Source of the DNA: Thermoplasmatales archaeon
GTDB taxonomy: Archaea; Thermoplasmatota; Thermoplasmata; Thermoplasmatales; GCA-001856825
Direction of reading: 5' to 3'
Assembly (NCBI GenBank): GCA_026127935.1
Contig: JAJSLL010000005.1
Location: 29,809-93,808 of the forward strand
Length of the DNA stretch: 64,000 nt
This document shows positions 27,464 to 36,287 of this stretch, one piece after another (positions within the stretch are counted from its first letter, which is position 1; the number at the start of each line of letters is the position of its first letter). The position numbers and the translations under genes are program-made. The notes under the pieces were generated by a model. That model worked only from the letters and a program-made list of their open reading frames with translations, was not told the DNA's origin and made no database searches.

Positions 27464-28429
27464 ATGATGTCATTTCCCCTCCTAGAAGTTAAGGATATTT
27501 CTGTGGAGTATGGAGTCGATGGAAAAACAATAAAAGCAGTTAGCCACGTGAACCTCGAGATAAACAAAGGAGACATTGTAGCAATAGTAGGCGAGAGCGG
27601 CTCAGGGAAATCCACTCTTGCCATGACATTTCTAAACTTGATCGAAAAACCTGGAAGGATAAGAAACGGGAAGGTCAATTATCGCGGTGCAAAAGGAGTG
27701 GTGGATGTTCTGCGGATGAGGCCGGTAGACCTTATGAGATACAGATGGAAAGAGGTCTCCATGATTTTTCAGAGTGCAATGAATTCTCTCAACCCTGTGA
27801 TGAGGATTGAAGATCAACTAAAAGATGTCATGATTGAGCACGGAACGGTCGAATCAGCAGTGGACGCAAAAATAGATGAGAAATTGAAGCTGGCCGGGCT
27901 GACAACTTCGGTTAAAAAGTCATACCCTCACGAACTCAGTGGAGGCATGAAACAGCGCGTAAACATAGCCCTAGCACTTGCATGTGATCCGAAGCTCCTC
28001 ATTGCAGATGAAGCGACGACGGCCTTAGATGTTGTTGTTCAGAGACAGATTCTAACCAGGTTGTTAAAACTCAAACAGGATCTCTCCCTGTCGCTAGTCT
28101 TTATAACACACGATATTTCCTTGGTCGCAAACATAGCGGAAATAATCAACGTAATGTATGCGGGTAAGATTGTAGAAAGGGCTTCTGCAAAACAATTATT
28201 CGGAAACCCGCTTCACCCATATACAGAGGCCCTTCTGAACTCCATACCAACATTGGAAAAGGGAACTGCAATTAAAGGAATCAAGGGAACTCCTCCAGAT
28301 CTATCAAAAGAGATAAAGGGATGCCCGTTCGCTGACCGCTGCCCCAAGATGTACGACAGATGCCTCGCTGAATCACCAGAGTTGAAAAATGTGGGAGATA
28401 ATCACTATGTATCCTGCCACCTTTACTAG
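27464..28429 (+). CDS. ABC transporter ATPase (DppD/OppD type)
   Basis: Walker A GESGSGKS, signature LSGGMKQR, Walker B LLIADE, and a C-terminal Cys-rich oligopeptide_C extension (CPFADRCP...). Confidence 0.85.
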   Translation: MMSFPLLEVKDISVEYGVDGKTIKAVSHVNLEINKGDIVAIVGESGSGKSTLAMTFLNLIEKPGRIRNGKVNYRGAKGVVDVLRMRPVDLMRYRWKEVSMIFQSAMNSLNPVMRIEDQLKDVMIEHGTVESAVDAKIDEKLKLAGLTTSVKKSYPHELSGGMKQRVNIALALACDPKLLIADEATTALDVVVQRQILTRLLKLKQDLSLSLVFITHDISLVANIAEIINVMYAGKIVERASAKQLFGNPLHPYTEALLNSIPTLEKGTAIKGIKGTPPDLSKEIKGCPFADRCPKMYDRCLAESPELKNVGDNHYVSCHLY

Positions 28430-28438
28430 GGTCTTACA

Positions 28439-29416
28439 ATGAACAGCATTATCGAAACGAATCAAGTCACAAAGGAATTCGTCACTAAGAGAGGGTTCTT
28501 AAAAAGAACCACTAGTACCACAAGAGCTCTTGATCAGGTGAATGTCACAATCAATGAAAACGAGATCTTTGGACTCATCGGAGAGAGCGGAAGTGGGAAG
28601 ACTACACTCGGTTTGGCTATTCTAAGATTAATCGACCTCAACCAAGGTAAGATAAATTTCTTCGGCGAAAACATTTATGATTTGAAGAAGAGGCAACTAT
28701 TCAACTTCAGGGAAAAGACTCAGATGATATTCCAGGATCCCTACAGCTCCCTCAATCCAGTAGTGACGATCTACAAGTCAGTCTCTACCCCCTTGAAAGT
28801 CTTTCACAAGGAGATGAGTGAAGAGCAAGTTGTAGATAAGGTTATCCAGACTTTGGAAACTGTTGGACTTACGCCTGCCGATCAGTTTCTTAACAAGTTT
28901 CCGACTCAAATGAGCGGAGGTCAAAGGCAGAGGGTTGGGATAGCGAGAGCAGTCATCAGTGATCCAGATTTTATAGTTGCAGACGAACCTGTCTCAATGC
29001 TTGACGTCTCCCTTCGGGCCGACATCTTGAACATCTTGGTCAATTTGAAGCTAAAATTAAACAAATCTATGATGTTCATTTCCCACGATATTACGGTTAC
29101 ACAATACGTTTCAGATAGGATTGCAGTTATGCATCTCGGACAAATAGTCGAAATGGGAGAATCCGGGGAGATAATCAAGAACCCCCTCCACCCGTACACA
29201 AAGACACTGATAGACTCCATTCCAGTCCCTGACCCAAACAAAAAATGGAACACGGATGAAATCGGTGGACAGATATCCGAATATACAAACGAGGGGAAAA
29301 ATGAGTGCAGTTACGCAAACAAGTGCCCATTCGTGAAGAATGTCTGCAGAGAGAGAAGACCAGACTTCAAAGAAGTAGAAAAGAATCACTTCGTCGCGTG
29401 TGTACTGTATGATTGA
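28439..29416 (+). CDS. ABC transporter ATPase (DppF/OppF type)
   Basis: Walker A GESGSGKT, signature MSGGQRQR, Walker B FIVADE, and a C-terminal Cys-rich extension. Confidence 0.85.
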   Translation: MNSIIETNQVTKEFVTKRGFLKRTTSTTRALDQVNVTINENEIFGLIGESGSGKTTLGLAILRLIDLNQGKINFFGENIYDLKKRQLFNFREKTQMIFQDPYSSLNPVVTIYKSVSTPLKVFHKEMSEEQVVDKVIQTLETVGLTPADQFLNKFPTQMSGGQRQRVGIARAVISDPDFIVADEPVSMLDVSLRADILNILVNLKLKLNKSMMFISHDITVTQYVSDRIAVMHLGQIVEMGESGEIIKNPLHPYTKTLIDSIPVPDPNKKWNTDEIGGQISEYTNEGKNECSYANKCPFVKNVCRERRPDFKEVEKNHFVACVLYD

Positions 29417-30296
29417 GGACGTACAGAAAGTCACAAGGATGTGGAACGAATTCTTTAGCGAAGACAAGGTAACTGTGGACGATCTTAAATCAAGATTCTA
29501 CGACAACGAATTCGTCAAGCCAATTCAGCCTTCCTATAACGAAACTGCGTTTTCACTGGCTGCGTCGAGAGGGAATCCCTTCTTTTATGAAAGCGATGAA
29601 GAAGGTAAGGGATGGATATTGGGTGCGGGATTCAACGATCAAAGAGAAGATCTGCTGAATCTAATGCGTAAACAGTTAGAAGAATTTGCCAGAATGAAGA
29701 TTGGAAGAGTGTACTACTCGAACATGGTTCCAACTTATTTCTTACCAGGGGTGGATGATGTCAGATATCCACAGCTCAAGTTGGCCTTACTGGAGCTCGG
29801 CTTCAAGCAGGTTCAAAGAGTAATTTCGATGGAGTCTGGCTTAGAAAGTGCGATTCCAGAGACGAGACCAATCAACGGTATGGATGTTTCCGCAGTTAGG
29901 GACATCGAGAAGAGTAATCTCTTGACGTTCATAGGAAATAACTTTCCCGCCGATTGGTATTATCGGGCAAAAGAGGTGCTTGAGCACGGAATAAGTGAGC
30001 AAGTTGTTGTCGCAAGGAAATTGAACAAAATTGTTGGTTATGGAATGTTTTCTGCAGGATCGGGCAAAGAATGGTATGCTTCTGGAGAGAGGTTTGGACC
30101 ATTTGGAGTTCTAGAATCAGAAAGATCAAACGGGATCGGCTCAATGATCCTGATTAATTTGATTAGGAATATGAAGAAACTAAAACTCAAAAAGGCGTAC
30201 TTCCTCTGGACAGATGAAAGGGCGACTCACATCTACAAGAGATTTGGTTTCAATATTTCCAGAACATTTGTCATAATGGAAAAAGTCTTATTCTGA
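29400..30296 (+). CDS. GNAT-family N-acetyltransferase domain protein
   Basis: 298 aa. The C-terminal part VVVARKLNKIVGYGMF...RSNGIGSMILINLI...THIYKRFGF fits GNAT motifs A/B. It overlaps the upstream ATPase gene by 17 nt. Confidence 0.55.
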   Translation: MYCMIEDVQKVTRMWNEFFSEDKVTVDDLKSRFYDNEFVKPIQPSYNETAFSLAASRGNPFFYESDEEGKGWILGAGFNDQREDLLNLMRKQLEEFARMKIGRVYYSNMVPTYFLPGVDDVRYPQLKLALLELGFKQVQRVISMESGLESAIPETRPINGMDVSAVRDIEKSNLLTFIGNNFPADWYYRAKEVLEHGISEQVVVARKLNKIVGYGMFSAGSGKEWYASGERFGPFGVLESERSNGIGSMILINLIRNMKKLKLKKAYFLWTDERATHIYKRFGFNISRTFVIMEKVLF

Positions 30297-30463
30297 CACA
30301 TCCAAAAATGGAAACGTTCATCCTGATAAGAAACGCCCTATTCCGGATTATTTGTTTTGCTAGGTAGATGCTATCGACCGGAGTGCTGACTTTGCACTGA
30401 TTATTCATCGGATAGTATCTGAACTGGAAAATTGTAAATAACAATCCTTATTATGATTCTCAA

Positions 30464-31540
30464 GTGGCAACCTTAGACCTGGAAAAAATGACCGAACAGT
30501 TGAACTTGACTTTTGATAAGTCAGTCCCCTCTGCTACCATGGGCCTTTCTGCATTAGTTTCAATTAACGGAAAAGTCCTATACAACAGGGCTCTTGGAGC
30601 GATAAAGAAACTAAATTTCAAGTACGAACAGGACACAATCTATGACTTGGCATCGTTAACCAAGCCCTTAGCAACTTCTCTGCTGCTCTGCAAGCTCTTA
30701 TCAAAAGGTAAGATAGCTCTGAGAGACACTGTAGGCGATCTTGGACTGTTTACAAAGTACCATAATCTGAAGAACCTTTCGATTGAAACACTTATGACGC
30801 ACACATCCGGACTGATACCTGACAAACCGCTTTATTTGGAAGGGAAGAACAAGGCAAGCTATCTTTCCGGTATAAACAAGGAAGCTGAAAAAGCAGTACC
30901 ATTTAGCAGGGAGATTTACAGTGATCTCAACTACATACTTCTCGGTTTCATGCTCGAAGAGTTTTACGGAAAACCACTTGGAGAAATCTGGAAAGAAGAG
31001 ATCGGCGATAAACTCGGATTGAAATCATCTGGATTCAACCCTTCTGTAGAAAAGGAAAGAGTTGCCCCTACAGAAGTCACAGAGGACAGGGGCTTAGTGT
31101 GGGGAAAAGTGCACGATGAGAAATCTTACTATATCAGTGGAGAGGCAGGTCATGCCGGACTGTTTTCAAACTCACAAGATGTTTGGAAATTGCTTCAATC
31201 TTTCTTGAATGGAAAGGTCGTTTCTGAAAAGGTCACAAATCTAGCCATCTCCAACAGGAACGCCCAATTTGGGGGAATGTTTGGACTTGGATGGATGACA
31301 AAGGTTCCAGCGCCCGTGAACAGGAGCGAATCCTTTTACCTGAATGCATTCATGGGCGACTTTGCGCCTTATGGAACGTTTGGACATACGGGGTTTACCG
31401 GCACATCTGTCTGCATCAATGCGGATCTGAACCTTATATGTGTACTTCTGACAAATAGAGTATATCCCACAAGGGAGTCCGATGGGATACTTAGCCTGCG
31501 AAGACATTTCCACAATGCTGTTTTCTTCAACGTTTCCTGA
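30464..31540 (+). CDS. Beta-lactamase-fold serine hydrolase (AmiE/YbbE-like candidate MurNAc-L-Ala amidase), no signal peptide
   Basis: 358 aa, GTG start. S-x-x-K in ASLTKPL, Y-S-D/N block YSDLNYILLG, and GHTGFTGTS. The family assignment is solid; the amidase specificity is inferred from context only. Confidence 0.6.
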   Translation: MATLDLEKMTEQLNLTFDKSVPSATMGLSALVSINGKVLYNRALGAIKKLNFKYEQDTIYDLASLTKPLATSLLLCKLLSKGKIALRDTVGDLGLFTKYHNLKNLSIETLMTHTSGLIPDKPLYLEGKNKASYLSGINKEAEKAVPFSREIYSDLNYILLGFMLEEFYGKPLGEIWKEEIGDKLGLKSSGFNPSVEKERVAPTEVTEDRGLVWGKVHDEKSYYISGEAGHAGLFSNSQDVWKLLQSFLNGKVVSEKVTNLAISNRNAQFGGMFGLGWMTKVPAPVNRSESFYLNAFMGDFAPYGTFGHTGFTGTSVCINADLNLICVLLTNRVYPTRESDGILSLRRHFHNAVFFNVS

Positions 31541-32369
31541 TTCTCTCTAGTTGTCTCACCGTTTTTTCTAGATTGTACGCGTTTTCTTCTAGCATTCCCT
31601 TAGCCGCTGCCTCAGAGAGTCCGAATCTTTCACTTATCATGCGGGCGGCCCTCAGTTTAAGTTTCTTGTTGAAGGATGCCTTCATGTGAAACATCCGGTT
31701 CCCATAGGTCCTACCAAGTTTGATAGCTATTGTAGTGCTTATTATATTCAGGACCATTTTCTGAGATGTTGCTGCCTTCATCCTGGTAGATCCTTGGATC
31801 ACCTCTGGACCTGAATTGAGGAAAATGACAATCTCGGCCACTTTTTTAAGGGGTGATTCACTGGAATTCACTATTGCGGCAGTAAAACAGCCTCTTGCTT
31901 TGGCTTCTCTCAGCGCGGCTACCACGAATGGAGTGCGTCCGGAGGCGGTTATTCCGATGACACAATCTCTATCAGTCAACTTTTTTTTATTTAATTCTCT
32001 GACTGCGGATTCTCCGGAGTCCTCCGCACCTTCAATAGATTTAGTCAACGCTATTTTCCCACCAGCTATGAGATAGTCGAACGTCTCCCTACCCAGTCCA
32101 TAGGTTGGCCACATCTCAATCGCGTCTTGTGCTCCTATTCTACCGCTAGTTCCAGAACCAACGTATATGACTCTTCCTCCGGACTTAACACAATCAAGTG
32201 CACGTTGTATTACCTTGGACACTTTTGTGACTGACTTCCCGACACTACTGTAGGCTCTGAAATCTTCAGAATGTATTTTCTCAACTATGGCCCCAATACT
32301 CATGGCCGAAATGAGCTTGGTGTTGGAGTTGACTTTCTCTGTATCCGGGATGCTTTTATTTACTCGCAT
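31527..32369 (-). CDS. murQ: N-acetylmuramic acid 6-phosphate etherase MurQ
   Basis: 280 aa SIS protein. GRVIYVGSGTSGRIGAQDA, IEGAEDS, ASGRTPF and GSTRMKAATSQKMVLN parallel E. coli MurQ blocks (GRLIYLGAGTSGRLGVLDA, VEGAEDS, ASGRTPY, GSTRLKSGTAQKMVLN). Confidence 0.85.
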   Translation of the reverse strand: MRVNKSIPDTEKVNSNTKLISAMSIGAIVEKIHSEDFRAYSSVGKSVTKVSKVIQRALDCVKSGGRVIYVGSGTSGRIGAQDAIEMWPTYGLGRETFDYLIAGGKIALTKSIEGAEDSGESAVRELNKKKLTDRDCVIGITASGRTPFVVAALREAKARGCFTAAIVNSSESPLKKVAEIVIFLNSGPEVIQGSTRMKAATSQKMVLNIISTTIAIKLGRTYGNRMFHMKASFNKKLKLRAARMISERFGLSEAAAKGMLEENAYNLEKTVRQLERIRKR

Positions 32370-32402
32370 CTTGCTATAAATGCGTATAGAATATTATAAC
32401 TT

Positions 32403-33539
32403 TCAGAACTCGACGAGCTTTCCACGTTTGATTACTCCCTTGACTTTCAGCGTCTTGTCCAAAATAGTTATGTCTGCTTTGTTGCCTTTTCTTATCAATC
32501 CCAAATCTCTTCTTTTCAAAACTTTGGATGGGTTGGTTGAAGCCATCTTCGAAATCGCTTTAAGTCCAATACCTATGGAATTTAGATTTCGTACCGCTTT
32601 ATCCAGGGTCAAAACGCTTCCAGCAAGAGTATCAGTATCAACAAGGGTACATCTTTCTCCCTGCTTCTTGACACTCAGAGTACCAAGTTTGTAAATTCCA
32701 TCCGGTTTTCCAGTTGCGTGAATTGAATCAGAGACTAAAATCAACTTCTCAGATCCTTTATTTACTATTGCCATCCTAATAGCCTCTGGAGAAACGTGCA
32801 CAAAATCACAAATAATTTCTGCATAGATCCTGTTTTCTAGAAATGCAAAATCAATCAAGCCCGGTACTCTATGATTGAATGCCCTCATAGCGTTATACAT
32901 ATGAGTTATCAATCTTGCGCCATTATTAAACCCCATTTGAGCTGTCTCATAATCGCAGTTAGTGTGTCCGATAGAAGGCATTATTCCTGCCTCATATAAG
33001 TCTCTGATCATCACTTGAGCACCTTTCAACTCAGGAGCGATATCTAGAATTCTCAGTACATTACCGCGATGCAGTAGTTCAAGTTTGTAATCGCCATCGG
33101 AAGGTCTTTTCAAAAGAGTCGCATCATGAGCCCCCTTTTTTTCGGGACTGATGTACGGTCCTTCCAATCTTGCACCAAGTATTTCGGCCCCTGACTCCTC
33201 TCCCATAGTTCTGGAAACTGTATTCAGAAATCTCCTTGTCCTGCCTTCAGGGGCGGAAACAAGCGTTGGAACGAATCCTGTGGTTCCCCTCTCTAACAAA
33301 TTTGCACTCCACTCTTTCAAGCTTTGCTTGTTCAGTTCATACGAATCTATCCCGTCTATCCCGTGTGTGTGGATGTCTATGAACCCAGGAACCGCTATTC
33401 TATCTCTAAAGTCAAAATAATTAGAATGTCTGCCTCCTATCCGCTGGATTGTGTCACCACTTATCTCCAGTGACTTTTCTGCTAGGGTCTTTTCATGGGT
33501 ATAAATGAGGGAGAATCTGTAAGAGTCAGTCAGTTCCAA
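32403..33539 (-). CDS. nagA: N-acetylglucosamine-6-phosphate deacetylase NagA
   Basis: 378 aa amidohydrolase. Contains PGFIDIHTHG, GHTNC and THMYNAM blocks. Confidence 0.75.
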   Translation of the reverse strand: MELTDSYRFSLIYTHEKTLAEKSLEISGDTIQRIGGRHSNYFDFRDRIAVPGFIDIHTHGIDGIDSYELNKQSLKEWSANLLERGTTGFVPTLVSAPEGRTRRFLNTVSRTMGEESGAEILGARLEGPYISPEKKGAHDATLLKRPSDGDYKLELLHRGNVLRILDIAPELKGAQVMIRDLYEAGIMPSIGHTNCDYETAQMGFNNGARLITHMYNAMRAFNHRVPGLIDFAFLENRIYAEIICDFVHVSPEAIRMAIVNKGSEKLILVSDSIHATGKPDGIYKLGTLSVKKQGERCTLVDTDTLAGSVLTLDKAVRNLNSIGIGLKAISKMASTNPSKVLKRRDLGLIRKGNKADITILDKTLKVKGVIKRGKLVEF

Positions 33540-33600
33540 TTCTAATCCACCACGAACTTCCCATTTCTGCTAAGTTGTTAGATTGCACACCTATCCACAC

Positions 33601-34752
33601 TCACTTTTTCCTCCTAACGTACAAAGTTGCGGCAGCCGCAACCACGAGTGTACTTCCGATGGCTATGTATAAAATCGTCGACCCTATCGATTCTAATGTA
33701 CTTCCAGCTGAAAACGTCACAGTCTCCTCTACGGAACCAATTGAACCTGTCGCTACAACCTCGATCCTATAGTTCCCCGTGTCTGGGGTATAATTGAAGA
33801 ATTGACCGGTAGACATCTGCTTTCCGTTGACGAGCCATTTGTAAGAGTAGTTTCCCTGTCCTACTCCATTAGGAAATGATCCTATGAATGTCAACTTCTC
33901 TCCGCTTTTCACTTTCGTTAAGTTATTTGTAATGTTCTGATAATTGTTCAGTACGGAGATTCTGATGCTTGGGTCTACGAATGTTGGAATGTGAATATAC
34001 AAAGAAGTGACATTTTTTCCAAGGTAGGTTAACATTCCATAGAAAGAAATATTTGAGTCCACAGCGGGGCTGTAGTTCCACATCCCGTGCGGATCTGTCT
34101 GCACAACTTCTCCATTTCCTATGTAGAGCATAGCGTGACCATTGCCAGCACCTCCATCTACTATCACGTCTCCAGGAGAAAGGAAATACGAAGGGAACAT
34201 AGAATAGTTGAACACGTAAAAGACAGAAGCGTGTGGTGTGCCGGTATAAGAGGCAGGTATTGGCTGATAACCGATAGTTTGTTCATCTGTAGAGTTTACC
34301 GGGAATACTGGAAGATCGTAACCAGCAAGCCAATCTGCAAGCCTGTATACCCCTACTATGCCGTAGCTGCCAGGGAATCCACTGAAGTACGTGGTGAGAT
34401 TATCACCAGGAGGATTGTTCGCCAAGATGGTGAGGCCACCCGCAATAAGTGACTCTGAAACAAAGTGGGCACAATCTTCGGATCCAAATTGATCTAGATT
34501 CTTTTGCATTACAGACTCGTTTATCCCAGATGGATAGTATTTCGTGTGCGCATAATCCTTGAATATCAGCATGCCATAATCAACTGCCGCAGTCTGGTTG
34601 TAATAACCTGAAGATGTCGCTGAAAGAGGATTTTCAGAGAATCCGCTGCTGGTTGTGTGAAATCCCGACCCAATATGTGTGCCACCAATAGAAACTGTGA
34701 CCACAAAGAGAAAGGTGATCATGACAATAAGCCAGACTCTTCTCATACGCAA
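33601..34752 (-). CDS. Surface-anchored papain-fold amidase/peptidase (Amidase_6 / NlpC-P60-like) with PKD-like domain
   Basis: 383 aa. N-terminal signal/anchor, Cys block GSEDCAHFVSESLIAGG, His block GNGHAMLYIGNG, an Ig/PKD-like repeat (GEKLTFIGSF...YSYKWLVNGK...YTPDTGNYRIEV), and a C-terminal TM helix plus RRKK. Confidence 0.5.
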   Translation of the reverse strand: MRMRRVWLIVMITFLFVVTVSIGGTHIGSGFHTTSSGFSENPLSATSSGYYNQTAAVDYGMLIFKDYAHTKYYPSGINESVMQKNLDQFGSEDCAHFVSESLIAGGLTILANNPPGDNLTTYFSGFPGSYGIVGVYRLADWLAGYDLPVFPVNSTDEQTIGYQPIPASYTGTPHASVFYVFNYSMFPSYFLSPGDVIVDGGAGNGHAMLYIGNGEVVQTDPHGMWNYSPAVDSNISFYGMLTYLGKNVTSLYIHIPTFVDPSIRISVLNNYQNITNNLTKVKSGEKLTFIGSFPNGVGQGNYSYKWLVNGKQMSTGQFFNYTPDTGNYRIEVVATGSIGSVEETVTFSAGSTLESIGSTILYIAIGSTLVVAAAATLYVRRKK

Positions 34753-34895
34753 ATTATAGGTTTCTGAGTTAAATAATTAATCACTCCCACCAACAGGTCT
34801 AACGTTGCTTTGGAGTCCACTATTTATAAGGTGGTTAATCCACTCTTAGGAATGACATCAAAAGATTATTGAATCGTCCCTGATTTAAGTTTCCG

Positions 34896-36287
34896 ATGGA
34901 CATTAAGTCTGATCTCAAGAAAATTTCAGGAGAAAATATCCTCACCTCACAAGAAGAATTGATTCCTTATGTGAGGGACGCGTCCCCTTTTCACGGAGAA
35001 CCACCACTTGCAGTGGCAATTCCTGAAAACGTAACGGAATTATCTCGTATTGTAAAATACTGTTATGAACACGACATTTTGATGGTTTCTAGGGGAGGCG
35101 GGTCGTCACTTACAGGTTCTTCGGTTCCGTTAGGTGAAGGGATCGTCATCAGTCTCGCAAAGTTTGATAAGATATTGGAAACAAAAATTGAAGACAGATA
35201 TGTAGTGGCAGAATCAGGAGTGAGGTTGGACGCACTGAATGAACATCTTTCCAATTTTGATCACTTCTATCCCCCAGATCCTGCGAGTTCAAGGATATGC
35301 ACAGTTGGAGGGACTATTTCAACAAACGCCGGTGGGCTCAGAGGAGCTATGTATGGTGTAACCAAGGACTGGGTCCTAGGAATGGAGGTGGTTCTTCCTA
35401 ACGGAGAGATAGTTCAGTTTGGCAGCAAGACCCTGAAGAGGAGTGCAGGATATGATTTCACCTCCCTTATGATAGGCAGCGAAGGTACCATTGGAATAAT
35501 CACAAAAGCAATCTTGAAGATTTGGCCGAAACCTGAGAAGACGGGAAGGATCCTCTCTTACTATGAGAAAATTGAAAGTGGAGGAAAAGCGCTTGCTGGA
35601 CTGAAGGCCAAGGGTATCAACCCGTTGATTGCAGAATTTATGGACAGGATTTCGTTAGAGTCCATGAGAGTAGCTAAGGGAATAGGGTACCCAGAAAGAA
35701 CAAACTACATGCTTATGATTGACATAGCCTCTACCGCAGAATCCCTAGAAAGACAAATGAATGATGCTGCGGAAATTCTAAAGGAGTTCAATCCGATTTC
35801 TCTCAAGCTCACGACCGATAAGAGGGAAATGAGTGAAATGTACGAGGCCAGAAAGGGACTGTACTCTACCCTGCTCTCTCAAAGAAAATCTGCTTCTGAG
35901 TACCTGATTCTCGGAGATGTTGTAGTACCTGCTTCCGAGCTTCCTGCCGCCCTGAATGAAATCGAACGAGCCATCAAGAAGCACGGGATATTCGTTTCAA
36001 TCTTCGGGCATATTGGGGATGGCAATATTCACGCCAACATTTTCTCAGATCCAGATGACGTGGAAAATATGAGAAGAGTAGACAACTTTCAAATGGAGTT
36101 AGGGAGGATCGCGCTTAGTCACGGTGGAAGCGTATCTGCGGAACACGGGGTTGGAATCGAAAAAAAGGAATTGTTGAAGGAAGAGTTCACGATGAGAAAC
36201 TCACCCGGAACTTTGAGCTTGATGAAGGCGGTAAAACTGGCTATTGACCCAAAGAATCTTATGAACAGGGGAAAGATATTTGACTGA
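34896..36287 (+). CDS. FAD-linked oxidase (GlcD / D-lactate dehydrogenase family)
   Basis: 463 aa. FAD_binding_4 blocks (VSRGGGSSLTGSSVP) and C-terminal GGSVSAEHGVGIEK. Confidence 0.75.
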   Translation: MDIKSDLKKISGENILTSQEELIPYVRDASPFHGEPPLAVAIPENVTELSRIVKYCYEHDILMVSRGGGSSLTGSSVPLGEGIVISLAKFDKILETKIEDRYVVAESGVRLDALNEHLSNFDHFYPPDPASSRICTVGGTISTNAGGLRGAMYGVTKDWVLGMEVVLPNGEIVQFGSKTLKRSAGYDFTSLMIGSEGTIGIITKAILKIWPKPEKTGRILSYYEKIESGGKALAGLKAKGINPLIAEFMDRISLESMRVAKGIGYPERTNYMLMIDIASTAESLERQMNDAAEILKEFNPISLKLTTDKREMSEMYEARKGLYSTLLSQRKSASEYLILGDVVVPASELPAALNEIERAIKKHGIFVSIFGHIGDGNIHANIFSDPDDVENMRRVDNFQMELGRIALSHGGSVSAEHGVGIEKKELLKEEFTMRNSPGTLSLMKAVKLAIDPKNLMNRGKIFD

